Source: Thermoproteota archaeon (GTDB lineage Archaea; Korarchaeota; Korarchaeia; Korarchaeales; Korarchaeaceae). Taken from it: a stretch of 64,000 bases of DNA. Below the pieces are notes generated by a model. It searched no databases. It was not told the origin of the DNA and saw only the letters and a list, made by a program, of their open reading frames with translations. The DNA lies in assembly GCA_027491915.1 (NCBI GenBank), contig JAOZGC010000002.1, positions 480,001-544,000 of the forward strand. The letters are read 5' to 3'. Shown one piece after another: positions 55,944 to 64,000 of the stretch (position 1 is the first letter of the stretch; each line of letters begins with the position of its first letter). The position numbers and the translations under genes were made by a program.

Positions 55944-56305
55944 TGGACGTCCAGAGGAGGGTGGCCCGGGAGGAGGGGAGGTACTTCCGGCGGCCCCTGG
56001 TGTACGCGGCCCGCGCGGCCGAGATAGCCGGGAGGATTTTGGGAGATCCCGACCTGAGGGCCTTCCTGTTCGGCTCCGCCGCGGCGGGCAGGGCCATCCC
56101 GGGCGCCAGCGACGTGGACGTCCTCTTGGTCTCTGAGAGGGCTCCGAAGACGGCGCGGGAGGCGGCGGAGCTCAGGATCAGGATACTCTCGGAGCTCGGG
56201 GACCTGGCGGCCCCCCTCGAGATCCACGTGGTCACCCCCGAGGAGTTCACGCGTCGCTGGCGGCGCGTGAGGGGAATGGTCCCGGTTCCGATCCGGGTAC
56301 GGTAG
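55940..56305 (+). CDS. Minimal nucleotidyltransferase (MNT)
   Basis: LFGS..G....SDVDVLLV..EIHVVT; ATGA overlap with HEPN. Confidence 0.88.
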   Translation: MMDVQRRVAREEGRYFRRPLVYAARAAEIAGRILGDPDLRAFLFGSAAAGRAIPGASDVDVLLVSERAPKTAREAAELRIRILSELGDLAAPLEIHVVTPEEFTRRWRRVRGMVPVPIRVR

Positions 56306-56336
56306 CCCCCCCGCCGAATGGGTCGAACAAAGTTAA

Positions 56337-56761
56337 ATGAGGTTAACAATTCTGTTATCTCTGAGCGATCGTGCGTCTCCACGAGATCGGGGACATCCCG
56401 CGGGCAGGGACGTGTTCACCATAGGTCAACTCCCCGCGATCCTCGGCTCGGGGTGCCGAGGGTCCACGCCAAGGTCCACGCCCCCCGCCTCGTCGCCGCG
56501 GGGTGGGCCTGGAGTCCCATGAGGGGGCTCGTGGCCACGGCCCCACGACGACTTCATCTTGGCGACTCGCTGGTGGAGCCATCCTACGTGACGGCCCACG
56601 CCGACCTACACCTCAGGGGACTGATCGATCAGGTCCCGCTCGAAGAGGTCCGGCCAGCATCTCTAGGACCCTGTGCTGGGGCACGTCCAGGAGGGAGGCC
56701 ATCCTCTTGACGCATAGTCGGGCGCCGCGATGGTTGGCATTAAACAATTGATCAATCTCAT
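56337..56761 (-). pseudogene. Degenerate region with a frameshifted HTH-like remnant and AT-rich imperfectly inverted ends
   Basis: Minus strand KRMASLLDVPQHRVLEMLA / DLFERDLID split by a frameshift; no convincing intact ORF. Confidence 0.3.
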
Positions 56762-56804
56762 CTGATAATATAAAAAAGCTGGCCGCGCCGCCCCGTCCAG
56801 CCGG

Positions 56805-57617
56805 TCAGACCTCCATCCTGCCGAAGGACCAGGCCCCTAGGGCCAGCATGGCGGCGGCCAGCCCGGCCGAGACCGCGGCGTCCGCCGCTGGCCCGAAGTA
56901 GCCGAGCCCCGTGAGCGCCCACCTTATCCCATCCATGGGGTAGGAGAGCGGGTTGATCCTCATCAGGACGCCCAGGGCCTCCGGCACCCCCTCCGGCGGG
57001 AAAAAGGTGGTGGACAGGAACATCAGGGGCATCACCAGGAGGTTCATCACGAGCTGGAAGCCGTGGGGATCCTCCATCTTGGAGGCCACGGCCACGCCGA
57101 AGCCCACCGCGGACAGGGCCAGGGCCAGCATGAAGGCAGCCGCGGCAGGAGTCCCCAGCGGGTCGACGGAGGCCCCCATGGCCGCGGAGGCCGCCGCTAT
57201 GATGGCCCCCTGCATCAGGGCCACCGTCGCCCCACCCAGGGTTCTGCCGAGGACTATGGACCCCCTGCTGACCGGGGCGACCAGAACCTCCTTCAGGAAG
57301 CCGAACTGCCTGTCCCAGAGCACCGATACCCCGGCGAACATGGAGGAGAACATGACGCTCATCCCCACGATCCCCGGGGCCAGGAAGGTGAGGTAGTCTA
57401 TCCCAGCCGGTATCCCCGGGATCCTCGCCCCCCTGAACCCGAGCCCGAGCCCGGCCAGGAATATGAAGGGCTGTATGACGTTGCCCAGGAGCCTGCTCCT
57501 CGCCCTGACGAACCGCTTCATCTGCCGCAGCCACATGACGTACACCGCCTGGGCCTCCGCGCCGACGTCGAAGCCCGCCGGGGGCCCCACCAGATCCCTC
57601 CCCGCGGAACCACCCAT
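56805..57617 (-). CDS. ABC-2 type permease
   Basis: YLTFLAPG, DRQFGFLKEVLVAPVSR and NPLSY..D..R motifs. Confidence 0.92.
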   Translation of the reverse strand: MGGSAGRDLVGPPAGFDVGAEAQAVYVMWLRQMKRFVRARSRLLGNVIQPFIFLAGLGLGFRGARIPGIPAGIDYLTFLAPGIVGMSVMFSSMFAGVSVLWDRQFGFLKEVLVAPVSRGSIVLGRTLGGATVALMQGAIIAAASAAMGASVDPLGTPAAAAFMLALALSAVGFGVAVASKMEDPHGFQLVMNLLVMPLMFLSTTFFPPEGVPEALGVLMRINPLSYPMDGIRWALTGLGYFGPAADAAVSAGLAAAMLALGAWSFGRMEV

Positions 57618-57620
57618 GGC

Positions 57621-58625
57621 TCACCGCCCCCTCATCCTGGCCCTCATCCTGGCCCTCATGACCTCGGCGGGGCTCGCCTCCTCCTCCCTGATCCTCCTCC
57701 CGGTGTACCTGAGGTAGACGTCCTCCAGGCTCGGCCTCCTGATCTCCACCGAGTCCAGCGGCACCCCCGCCGAGTCGGCGGCCCTGACCAGGTCCGGGAC
57801 CCGGCGCCCCGGGTCGTCCACGTAGGCGACCACCTCGCCTTCGCCCAAGGTCACCCTGGCCCCGCCCCACAGGTCCCCGACGACGGCGGCCAGCCCATCC
57901 GGGTCCGGGGTCCTGGCTATCAGGACCCCCCCTCCGCCGAGCCCGGACTTGAGGTCCCCCGGCGCCCCCGAGACCAGGATCCTCCCCCGGTCTATTATGG
58001 CCACCCTGTCGCAGAGCCTGTCGGCCTCCTCCATGTAGTGGGTCGTCAGGAATATGGAGACGCCCTCCTCCCTCTTCAGCGTGAGGATGTAGTCCCAGAT
58101 GGCCCTCCTGGTCTGCGCGTCCAACCCCAGCGTGGGCTCGTCCAGGAACAGGACCCTCGGGTAGTGCATGAGGCCCCTGGCCAGCTCCAGCCTCCTCATC
58201 ATCCCGCCCGAGTACCTCTTGACCGGCCAGTCCGCCCTCTCCCTGAGGCCCACCAGGTCCAGCACCTCCCCTATCCTCCTCTCCCTGATCTCCCTGGGGA
58301 GGCCGTACATCCTGGCGTGGTAGTCCAGGTTCTCCCTCCCGGTCAGCTCCCTGTCGAGCGCCGGGTCCTGGAAGACTATGCCGACGCACCTCCTGACCAG
58401 GTTCGGCGACCCGACGACGTCGTGCCCGCACACCCTGGCCGACCCGCCCGTGGGCCTGAGCAGGGTCACGAGCATCTTTATCGTGGTGGTCTTCCCTGCC
58501 CCGTTGGGCCCCAGGAACCCGAATATCTCCCCCTCGGCCACCGAGAAGCTGACCCCGTCGACGGCCAGCACCCCTCCCTCGTACACCTTCGTCAGGCCCT
58601 CGGCCTCCACCACGGCGCCGCCCAT
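57621..58625 (-). CDS. ABC transporter ATP-binding protein (DrrA-like)
   Basis: GPNGAGKTT, YSGGM, LFLDEPT, TTHYMEEA and SLEDVY motifs. Confidence 0.95.
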   Translation of the reverse strand: MGGAVVEAEGLTKVYEGGVLAVDGVSFSVAEGEIFGFLGPNGAGKTTTIKMLVTLLRPTGGSARVCGHDVVGSPNLVRRCVGIVFQDPALDRELTGRENLDYHARMYGLPREIRERRIGEVLDLVGLRERADWPVKRYSGGMMRRLELARGLMHYPRVLFLDEPTLGLDAQTRRAIWDYILTLKREEGVSIFLTTHYMEEADRLCDRVAIIDRGRILVSGAPGDLKSGLGGGGVLIARTPDPDGLAAVVGDLWGGARVTLGEGEVVAYVDDPGRRVPDLVRAADSAGVPLDSVEIRRPSLEDVYLRYTGRRIREEEASPAEVMRARMRARMRGR

Positions 58626-58684
58626 CGTATCGGAACCGATATTAAGCCGATATAATTTTTTCCCGGGGCCGGCCGGCCCCCCGG

Positions 58685-60364
58685 TTGAGGCTCTCCTGGT
58701 GCGCCGACCTGAACGTCCCGACGCTGGATCCCGGCTCCTGCCGATCCGGGGCCGTCGAGGTCCCGATCTCCAGGGGGTCCGACCCCAGGCCGGCCACCGA
58801 CTGGGAGAGGGATCTGCTCAGGAGGGTCGTGGAGGGCGAGTACGGGGCCGGGGCCTACCGGGACCTGCTGCCCAACGGGGACTCCGTCCTCCTCGTGGGA
58901 CGGGCTCCATACCTGGACGCCTCTCTGGAGGTCGTCGCGGACGCCGCCGTCCTGGGCCACCTCTTCTTCGACTTCTTCGACCTGTCCTGGAGCTTCAAGC
59001 CGTCCGAGGCCGGGGTGAGGAGGCTGCTGGGTAGGATGGCCGAGGTCAGGCCCCCCAGGCTGGAGAGGGGCGCCGACGCCGGCGAGGCCGGCCCGGGGGA
59101 CCCGAGGTTCGCCGCCCTGCCCGGGGGGGTCGGGCTGGCCGAGAGGAGGGGCGGGAGGTACGTGGTGGCGAAGGTCTTCCGGGGAGGGGCGGCCGCGCTT
59201 GCGCTGGAGGACGCCCCGCACGACCGCCGGGCCCTCCTGGAGGTGAACTCCGGCCCCCTGGAGGAGGCGGCCTCCAGGGCCGCGGCCTTCGTCTACAGGT
59301 CCTCCCTCAGGTTCGGGAGGCCGGTGGTCTCCTTCTCCGGCGGAAAGGACAGTTCCGTGCTGCTGGACCTGGTGGAGAGGAGCGGGGTGGAGCACCTGAT
59401 CTACTTCAACGACACCGGGCTGGAGATGCCGGAGACCCTCGAATTCGTGGAGTCGGTGGGCCCCGACCTGGTCGGCTCGGCCGCGGACTCCTTCTGGAGG
59501 CACGTCCGGGGGTTCGGCCCGCCGGCCAGGGACTACAGGTGGTGCTGCAAGGTGCTCAAGCTGGGCCCGACCAGGAGGGCCCTCTCCGGTCTAGGGAGGG
59601 TCCTGAGCCTGGTCGGCCAGAGGAGGATGGAGTCCAGGGCCAGGATGAGGTCCCCCCCCGTCTGGAGGAACAGGTGGATCCCGGAGGCCGTCGTGGCCGC
59701 CCCTCTCAACGACTGGCCGGCCCTGGCGGTCTGGCTCTACGCCGAGGTCAGGGGGGTCAGGCTCAACCCCCTCTACTCGGCCGGGTTCGAGCGCACCGGG
59801 TGCTACCTGTGCCCCGCCTCCAGGCTGGCCGACTTCGCCAGGGTGCGGGAGGCGCACCCGGACCTGTGGGGGGAGTGGGATTCCCTCCTCAGGGGGTACG
59901 CCGCCGAGAGGGGTCTCCCGGACTCCTGGGTGGACCGGGGGGTCTGGAGGTGGGTGAGGCCGCCGCGCGGGATAGCCAGGGCCACCGGCCTGGCGGGCCC
60001 CTTCCCCAGGATCGGGGTCCTGGTCCGGGCGTCTGGCGGCGCCCTGTCCGTCCGCCCGGATCCGGGGCCCAGGCTTCGGGAGCTCCTGAGGACCGTCCCC
60101 CCGGGATCGGGGTTCCGGCTCCGGGGGGCCGCCGCCCTGAGGGCCGCGGCCTGCGCCGGGTGCGGCCTCTGCCTGGACTACTGCGACCGGTCGGCCCTGT
60201 CCCTCAGCGGGGGCGTCGTCTCGGTGGGCGAGGGGTGCGTCTCCTGCGGGGTCTGCAATCGGGTCTGCCCCCTGTCCCTCCACGTCAGGTTCTCCCTCTC
60301 GGTCACAGGGGGACCTCCTCCCCCTCCGGCTCCGGGGGACCGGCCGACCTCCAGAGCGAGATGA
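58685..60364 (+). CDS. PAPS/APS-reductase-family protein with C-terminal ferredoxin domain
   Basis: SFSGGKDS, DTGLEMPET, RWCCKVLK, RTGCYLCP, CAGCGLCLDYC and CVSCGVCNRVCP motifs. Confidence 0.88.
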   Translation: MRLSWCADLNVPTLDPGSCRSGAVEVPISRGSDPRPATDWERDLLRRVVEGEYGAGAYRDLLPNGDSVLLVGRAPYLDASLEVVADAAVLGHLFFDFFDLSWSFKPSEAGVRRLLGRMAEVRPPRLERGADAGEAGPGDPRFAALPGGVGLAERRGGRYVVAKVFRGGAAALALEDAPHDRRALLEVNSGPLEEAASRAAAFVYRSSLRFGRPVVSFSGGKDSSVLLDLVERSGVEHLIYFNDTGLEMPETLEFVESVGPDLVGSAADSFWRHVRGFGPPARDYRWCCKVLKLGPTRRALSGLGRVLSLVGQRRMESRARMRSPPVWRNRWIPEAVVAAPLNDWPALAVWLYAEVRGVRLNPLYSAGFERTGCYLCPASRLADFARVREAHPDLWGEWDSLLRGYAAERGLPDSWVDRGVWRWVRPPRGIARATGLAGPFPRIGVLVRASGGALSVRPDPGPRLRELLRTVPPGSGFRLRGAAALRAAACAGCGLCLDYCDRSALSLSGGVVSVGEGCVSCGVCNRVCPLSLHVRFSLSVTGGPPPPPAPGDRPTSRAR

Positions 60365-60920
60365 ACCCCCCGGCGGCCAGGAGGTTTGCGGCCGCGGCCA
60401 CCGCCGCGGCGGCCTCGACGGGCCAGGAGTACCCCTCGGCCAGGGAGGCCACCTCCTCCGGGGTCATGTTGGCCAGCTGCCCGGGGGTCATGTTCCCCAG
60501 CACGGAGAGGGCCGAGGCCGCCACGTACAGGCTCCCCGCCACCAGGGCCGCCAGGGAGGCAACCCTGACGTAGGCGGCCCACCTGATGAGCCTGCTGGCC
60601 CGGGCCGCCCTGAAGAGGCAGACCACCTCCAGCAGCAGGGCCGCCAGGAACGCCGCGCCCAGCAGGGCCACGGTCAGCATGGCCCCCTCGGAGGGCGGGC
60701 CGGCCGGCGAGATGGCGGCGGAGGCGGAGGAGGCGCCGGCGGCCGAGCTTATCAGGAGGACCCCGGTTATCATCATGACCGCGTCCCCCCTGTCCCTCCC
60801 GAAGAAGAACCACCCCAGGCCCGTGAGCAGGGCCCCGACGGAGGTGGCCCAGTCGTAGGGGAAGGCCGAGGAGAGGACGTAGCCCGCGGCGCCGACCGGA
60901 AGGTACCACCCGGCCCTCAT
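60303..60920 (-). CDS. Hypothetical membrane protein
   Basis: About five TM segments; TTTAAA promoter about 25 nt upstream of ATG 60920. Confidence 0.6.
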   Translation of the reverse strand: MRAGWYLPVGAAGYVLSSAFPYDWATSVGALLTGLGWFFFGRDRGDAVMMITGVLLISSAAGASSASAAISPAGPPSEGAMLTVALLGAAFLAALLLEVVCLFRAARASRLIRWAAYVRVASLAALVAGSLYVAASALSVLGNMTPGQLANMTPEEVASLAEGYSWPVEAAAAVAAAANLLAAGGFISLWRSAGPPEPEGEEVPL

Positions 60921-60989
60921 CCCCCGGCCCGGGGGGGCCCGCAATTTAAACTAGCCCGGCGCGGGCCCGGTCCGGGCTGGGCTATCTGG

Positions 60990-61628
60990 CTACCAGAGCC
61001 TCAGCTCGGTGGTGGCGGCGAAGGCGGCCGCGGCGGCCGCCACAGCCAGGACGGCCGTCGCCTTCCAGGTCGGGCGGGCGTCCCGCCCGAGCCGGGCGGC
61101 CGCCCCGGCCGCCGCCGACCCCAGGGCCAGCGACGCGGCCGGCCACTCCCGGTAGAAGGGGGAGGCCGCGGCCATGCCGGCGGCGTAGGCCGCCAGGTAG
61201 TAGAGGGAGTCGAGCACCCCGTCCCTCCACCTCCACGCGGCGGCGAGCCCAGCGACCGTGACGGCGGCCTCGACGAGGTCCAGGGCCCACCCAGGGATCC
61301 CGATGACCAGGGCCGGCCCCCACCACGCCAGGATGGGGACCCCACCTGCGACCGCGTCGCAGGCCAGGTGCATCAGGGTCCCCAGGGCCAGGAGGGGGTA
61401 GTCGCCGGGGGCCAGGGCGGCCGCCGGGGCGCACCACAGCAGGGCCAGGAGGGAGTGGTTCAGGGCGTCCCTGGCCGGCTGCACCCCGGCCAGGGCCATG
61501 GCCACGTAGGACATGTCGGGCACCAGGTTCCCCGCCACCAGGGCCGCGGCCCTCCTGGGGTCGGCGCCGGCCGCCCTGGCGGTCGCGTAGCCCAGCAGCG
61601 CGTGGGTGATCCCCTTCACCTCACCCAC
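60990..61628 (-). CDS. Membrane-bound metal-dependent hydrolase (YdjM-like)
   Basis: THALLG..GNLVPD..NHSL..HLACD. Confidence 0.75.
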   Translation of the reverse strand: MGEVKGITHALLGYATARAAGADPRRAAALVAGNLVPDMSYVAMALAGVQPARDALNHSLLALLWCAPAAALAPGDYPLLALGTLMHLACDAVAGGVPILAWWGPALVIGIPGWALDLVEAAVTVAGLAAAWRWRDGVLDSLYYLAAYAAGMAAASPFYREWPAASLALGSAAAGAAARLGRDARPTWKATAVLAVAAAAAAFAATTELRLW

Positions 61629-62607
61629 CTCCCCCCGCCCGGGCCGCCGCGGCCATCTGCCTGGCCACCGAGTCGAGGGCCCTTATCCTGTCCTCCAGCC
61701 TGGGGTGGGTGGCCAGCAGCCGACCCAGGTCCGGGAGGCCGAATCCGGGCAGCCTCGCGGTCGGGTCCAGGTTGCCCCCCCTCCTGATGATCTCTATGAG
61801 CTCGTCCGCCGACCTAGCGGCCGGCCTCGGGGCCAGGGGGTCGTCCACCGCCAGGGCCCTGACCGGGGAGAGCCCCCCTCCCCTCCCCCCCTCTCCCCCC
61901 GACGGCCCGGCCGACCGCAGCCTCATCTTGGCCAGGGCCCTCTGGAGCGCTCGGGGCCCCCCGGACGAGATCAGGGCGCCGTGGGCGTCGGCGTAGAACT
62001 CCCTCAGCCTGCTGAGCCTGAGGGACAGGAGCCACAGCGCCGCGGAGAGCCAGGCCGCCGAGGCGGCCAGCCCAGCCTCACCCCTCCTCCCCCCGGAGTA
62101 GCCCAGCCAGGCGAAGTAGACCAGGGTGGGGAGGGCGGAGGCCAGCATCATTATCTCCAGGTCCCGGTGGGCTATGTGCGACACCTCGTGGGCCATCACG
62201 GCCTCCACCTCCTCGGGCTCGAGGGCCTCGAGGAGCCCCGTGGTGATCGCCACCCTGTACCCGACGAACCGGTTCCCGTAGGCGAAGGCGTTCGGGACGT
62301 CCGACTCCACCAGAACCAGGTCGGGCGCGGCCCCGAGGCCGGCGGCCCTGGAGACCCTCTCCAGGATCCCCACCAGCCTGGGTTCCTCCCCCGGGCCGAC
62401 CCTCCTGACGCCCACGGCGGCCTCTATCAGGGTGGGGGAGGCCGCCCACATGGCCGCGCTGAGGGCCAGCCCCGCGACGGCCCCCACGGCGGGGGACGCC
62501 TCCCAGAACAGGAGGGCGCCCGCCAGGGCCGCGGCCCCGGCCATCAGCGCGGCCGTGAGGTACATGTCGAGCAGGAGCCCGGAGAGGCTCAGCCTGTACT
62601 CGACCAT
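61621..62607 (-). CDS. htpX: HtpX-like M48 zinc metalloprotease
   Basis: PNAFA, TTGLL, AHEVSH, SRLREFYAD and THP..RI motifs. Confidence 0.92.
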   Translation of the reverse strand: MVEYRLSLSGLLLDMYLTAALMAGAAALAGALLFWEASPAVGAVAGLALSAAMWAASPTLIEAAVGVRRVGPGEEPRLVGILERVSRAAGLGAAPDLVLVESDVPNAFAYGNRFVGYRVAITTGLLEALEPEEVEAVMAHEVSHIAHRDLEIMMLASALPTLVYFAWLGYSGGRRGEAGLAASAAWLSAALWLLSLRLSRLREFYADAHGALISSGGPRALQRALAKMRLRSAGPSGGEGGRGGGLSPVRALAVDDPLAPRPAARSADELIEIIRRGGNLDPTARLPGFGLPDLGRLLATHPRLEDRIRALDSVARQMAAAARAGGGG

Positions 62608-62633
62608 CCCCCCACCCGGACCGGGCGGCTTAA

Positions 62634-63065
62634 TTAACCCTCCACCCGGACCGGGCGGCCGCCGGAGATCCGGCCGATCCTGATCTCTCTGACCCCCTCC
62701 GGCGTTGGGAACCAGGCCCTGGGGGGGTCGGAGCGGCCGAACACGAGCCACACGACCGGGAGGTCCCTCATCCCCGCCAGGTCCGCCGCTGACGGGTGAG
62801 ATCCACCGGGGTGCGAGTGGGCCACCCCCACCAGCCCCTCCCCCCTCAGGCGGGCCCGGGCCAGCTCCAGGGCCAGGAAGAAGGGATCCACCTCGAACGA
62901 GCCCCCCTCCACCCTGGCGTCCGCCCTGACCACCCTCCTGCAGACGGCCACCCCCCCGGAGAGCTCCCCGAACAGTAGGAAGACGGTCTCCTCGCCCGAG
63001 GCGGCCTCCGCCGCCATCCGGGCCATCTCCCCCTCGGGGACGAGCACCTCGCTCACCGGGTCCAC
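62634..63065 (-). CDS. JAMM/MPN+ (M67) metalloprotease, desampylase-like
   Basis: E..FLLFG and HSHPGGSHPSAADL (HxH-x7-S-x2-D). Confidence 0.85.
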   Translation of the reverse strand: MDPVSEVLVPEGEMARMAAEAASGEETVFLLFGELSGGVAVCRRVVRADARVEGGSFEVDPFFLALELARARLRGEGLVGVAHSHPGGSHPSAADLAGMRDLPVVWLVFGRSDPPRAWFPTPEGVREIRIGRISGGRPVRVEG

Positions 63066-63121
63066 GGGGGGAAATCCGGCGGCGCCGGAAAAGCTTTTCC
63101 CGATCCGGTCCGGACCCCTCG

Positions 63122-64000
63122 ATGGTCCACCCCCAGCCCGGCAGCCGGCCCCGCCGGGGAGGGGCCGCCCTCCGGGCCGCGGCGGCCCTGGCCCTGATCC
63201 TGATCCCCGCCCTGGCCCGCCCCCCGGCGCCGTCCCGGGCGGGTCCCCAAGCGGGGGGCTCGGGCGGTCTCCGGACGGGCCCCCCTCTGAGGCTCCTCTT
63301 CTACTACGGCTACCCGTCCATGATAAACGGGGCGTCGGGGAACCTGACCGCGGCCGCCTCCGAGTTCTCGCGCTACGACGTCGTGGTCCTCGGGGCCGGG
63401 CTCGAGGAACCCTCCCACCCCGAGCACTCCGCCGCGGAGTTCGTGATGGCCGAGTCGGACGCCGCCTTCTTCGGCTACGTTGACCTGTCGGCCCCCATCG
63501 GGGAGGTGTGCTCCCGCATCTCTGCCTGGGCGGGAATGGGGGCGGACGGGGTCTTCCTGGACAGGGCGGGCTTCGACTTCCTCGGTCCGGAGTTCGGCGG
63601 CCCGGCCGGCGCCAGGGAGCACCAGCTGGAGGCCGTCCTCTGCGCCAGGGATCTGGGGCTCAGGGTGGCGGTGAACTCCTGGGACCCGGACGACGTCTTC
63701 TCCCCAGCCGGGGGAGAGCCGCCCCTCCCCCTGGGCCAGGCGGACGCCGCCCTCATAGAGGACGCGGTCTACGGGGGAGGGGAGGCCAGGCCCGAGTACC
63801 TGGACCACCTGGCCGAGTACTCCGAGCGGAGGGCGCCCGGCGGTCCCGCCCTCTGGTGCCTGGTGACCACGGCCGCGTCCTCCCCCCACGAGAACAGGGT
63901 GGTGGGCTACGACGCACTGACCAGGGCCTGGTCCGTCTGCGACGCGGTCGCCATTCAGGAGGACCTCGGGGAGGACTCCTCCGTCTTCTACCCCTTCGCC
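63122..64000 (+). CDS. Secreted TIM-barrel glycoside-hydrolase-like protein (spherulin-4/GH114-like), 3'-truncated
   Basis: Open frame from ATG 63122, absent from the ORF track because no stop falls in the window. Signal/TM segment, LLFYYGYPS..YDVVVLG..FGYVDL..W..MGADGVFLD..VNSWDPDD. Confidence 0.6.
   Translation, partial: MVHPQPGSRPRRGGAALRAAAALALILIPALARPPAPSRAGPQAGGSGGLRTGPPLRLLFYYGYPSMINGASGNLTAAASEFSRYDVVVLGAGLEEPSHPEHSAAEFVMAESDAAFFGYVDLSAPIGEVCSRISAWAGMGADGVFLDRAGFDFLGPEFGGPAGAREHQLEAVLCARDLGLRVAVNSWDPDDVFSPAGGEPPLPLGQADAALIEDAVYGGGEARPEYLDHLAEYSERRAPGGPALWCLVTTAASSPHENRVVGYDALTRAWSVCDAVAIQEDLGEDSSVFYPFA

Noticed and set aside
56455-56490. GVDLGV peptide resembling TnpB RuvC-I
   Set aside because: It arises from a 10-nt local duplication; no other TnpB motifs and no long frame.
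58685-60364. Calling this gene cysH for sulfate assimilation
   Set aside because: The family motifs are clear, but no sulfur-assimilation neighbours are present and archaeal members of this architecture have uncertain function.

Overview
Very GC-rich, gene-dense archaeal DNA, most likely from a thermophilic member of the TACK group. Evidence for this: AGG/ATA codon preference, TATA boxes about 25-30 nt upstream of many start codons, tungsten AORs, SAMP/JAMM, geranylgeranyl reductase and IPCT/DIPPS. The exact lineage cannot be fixed from this window. Main content: two aldehyde:ferredoxin oxidoreductase genes with an Fe-S subunit, MoaD/SAMP and an FAD oxidoreductase; an 11-subunit complex I-like operon without NuoEFG (order ABCDHIJK-M-L-N); a DMT-DtxR/FeoA-feoB operon; three toxin-antitoxin pairs (two VapBC-type, one HEPN-MNT); a PLP amino-acid decarboxylase; and lipid/solute genes (GDPD, IPCT/DIPPS, isoprenoid kinase-like, GGR with ferredoxin). 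Also present are a peroxiredoxin, AlaX, a secreted beta-helix protein, nadE, fixABC with divergent fixX-ACAD, an ABC-2 exporter, a PAPS-reductase-family protein, and JAMM-htpX. No rRNA, tRNA, CRISPR array or intact transposase was seen. Four observations stand out. (1) A PadR-linked cassette of three proteins shares one C-terminal zipper; two have W/Y/G/R low-complexity bodies and duplicated operators, and one has a NifB/NifX domain. (2) An unrecognised multi-TM domain is fused to IPCT/DIPPS and also occurs as a stand-alone paralog about 14 kb away. (3) NuoD has a non-canonical acceptor site. (4) Several operator palindromes are directly readable. One stretch (41420-41567) looks like an assembly artefact. 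All product calls come from motif recognition by eye, not database searches.
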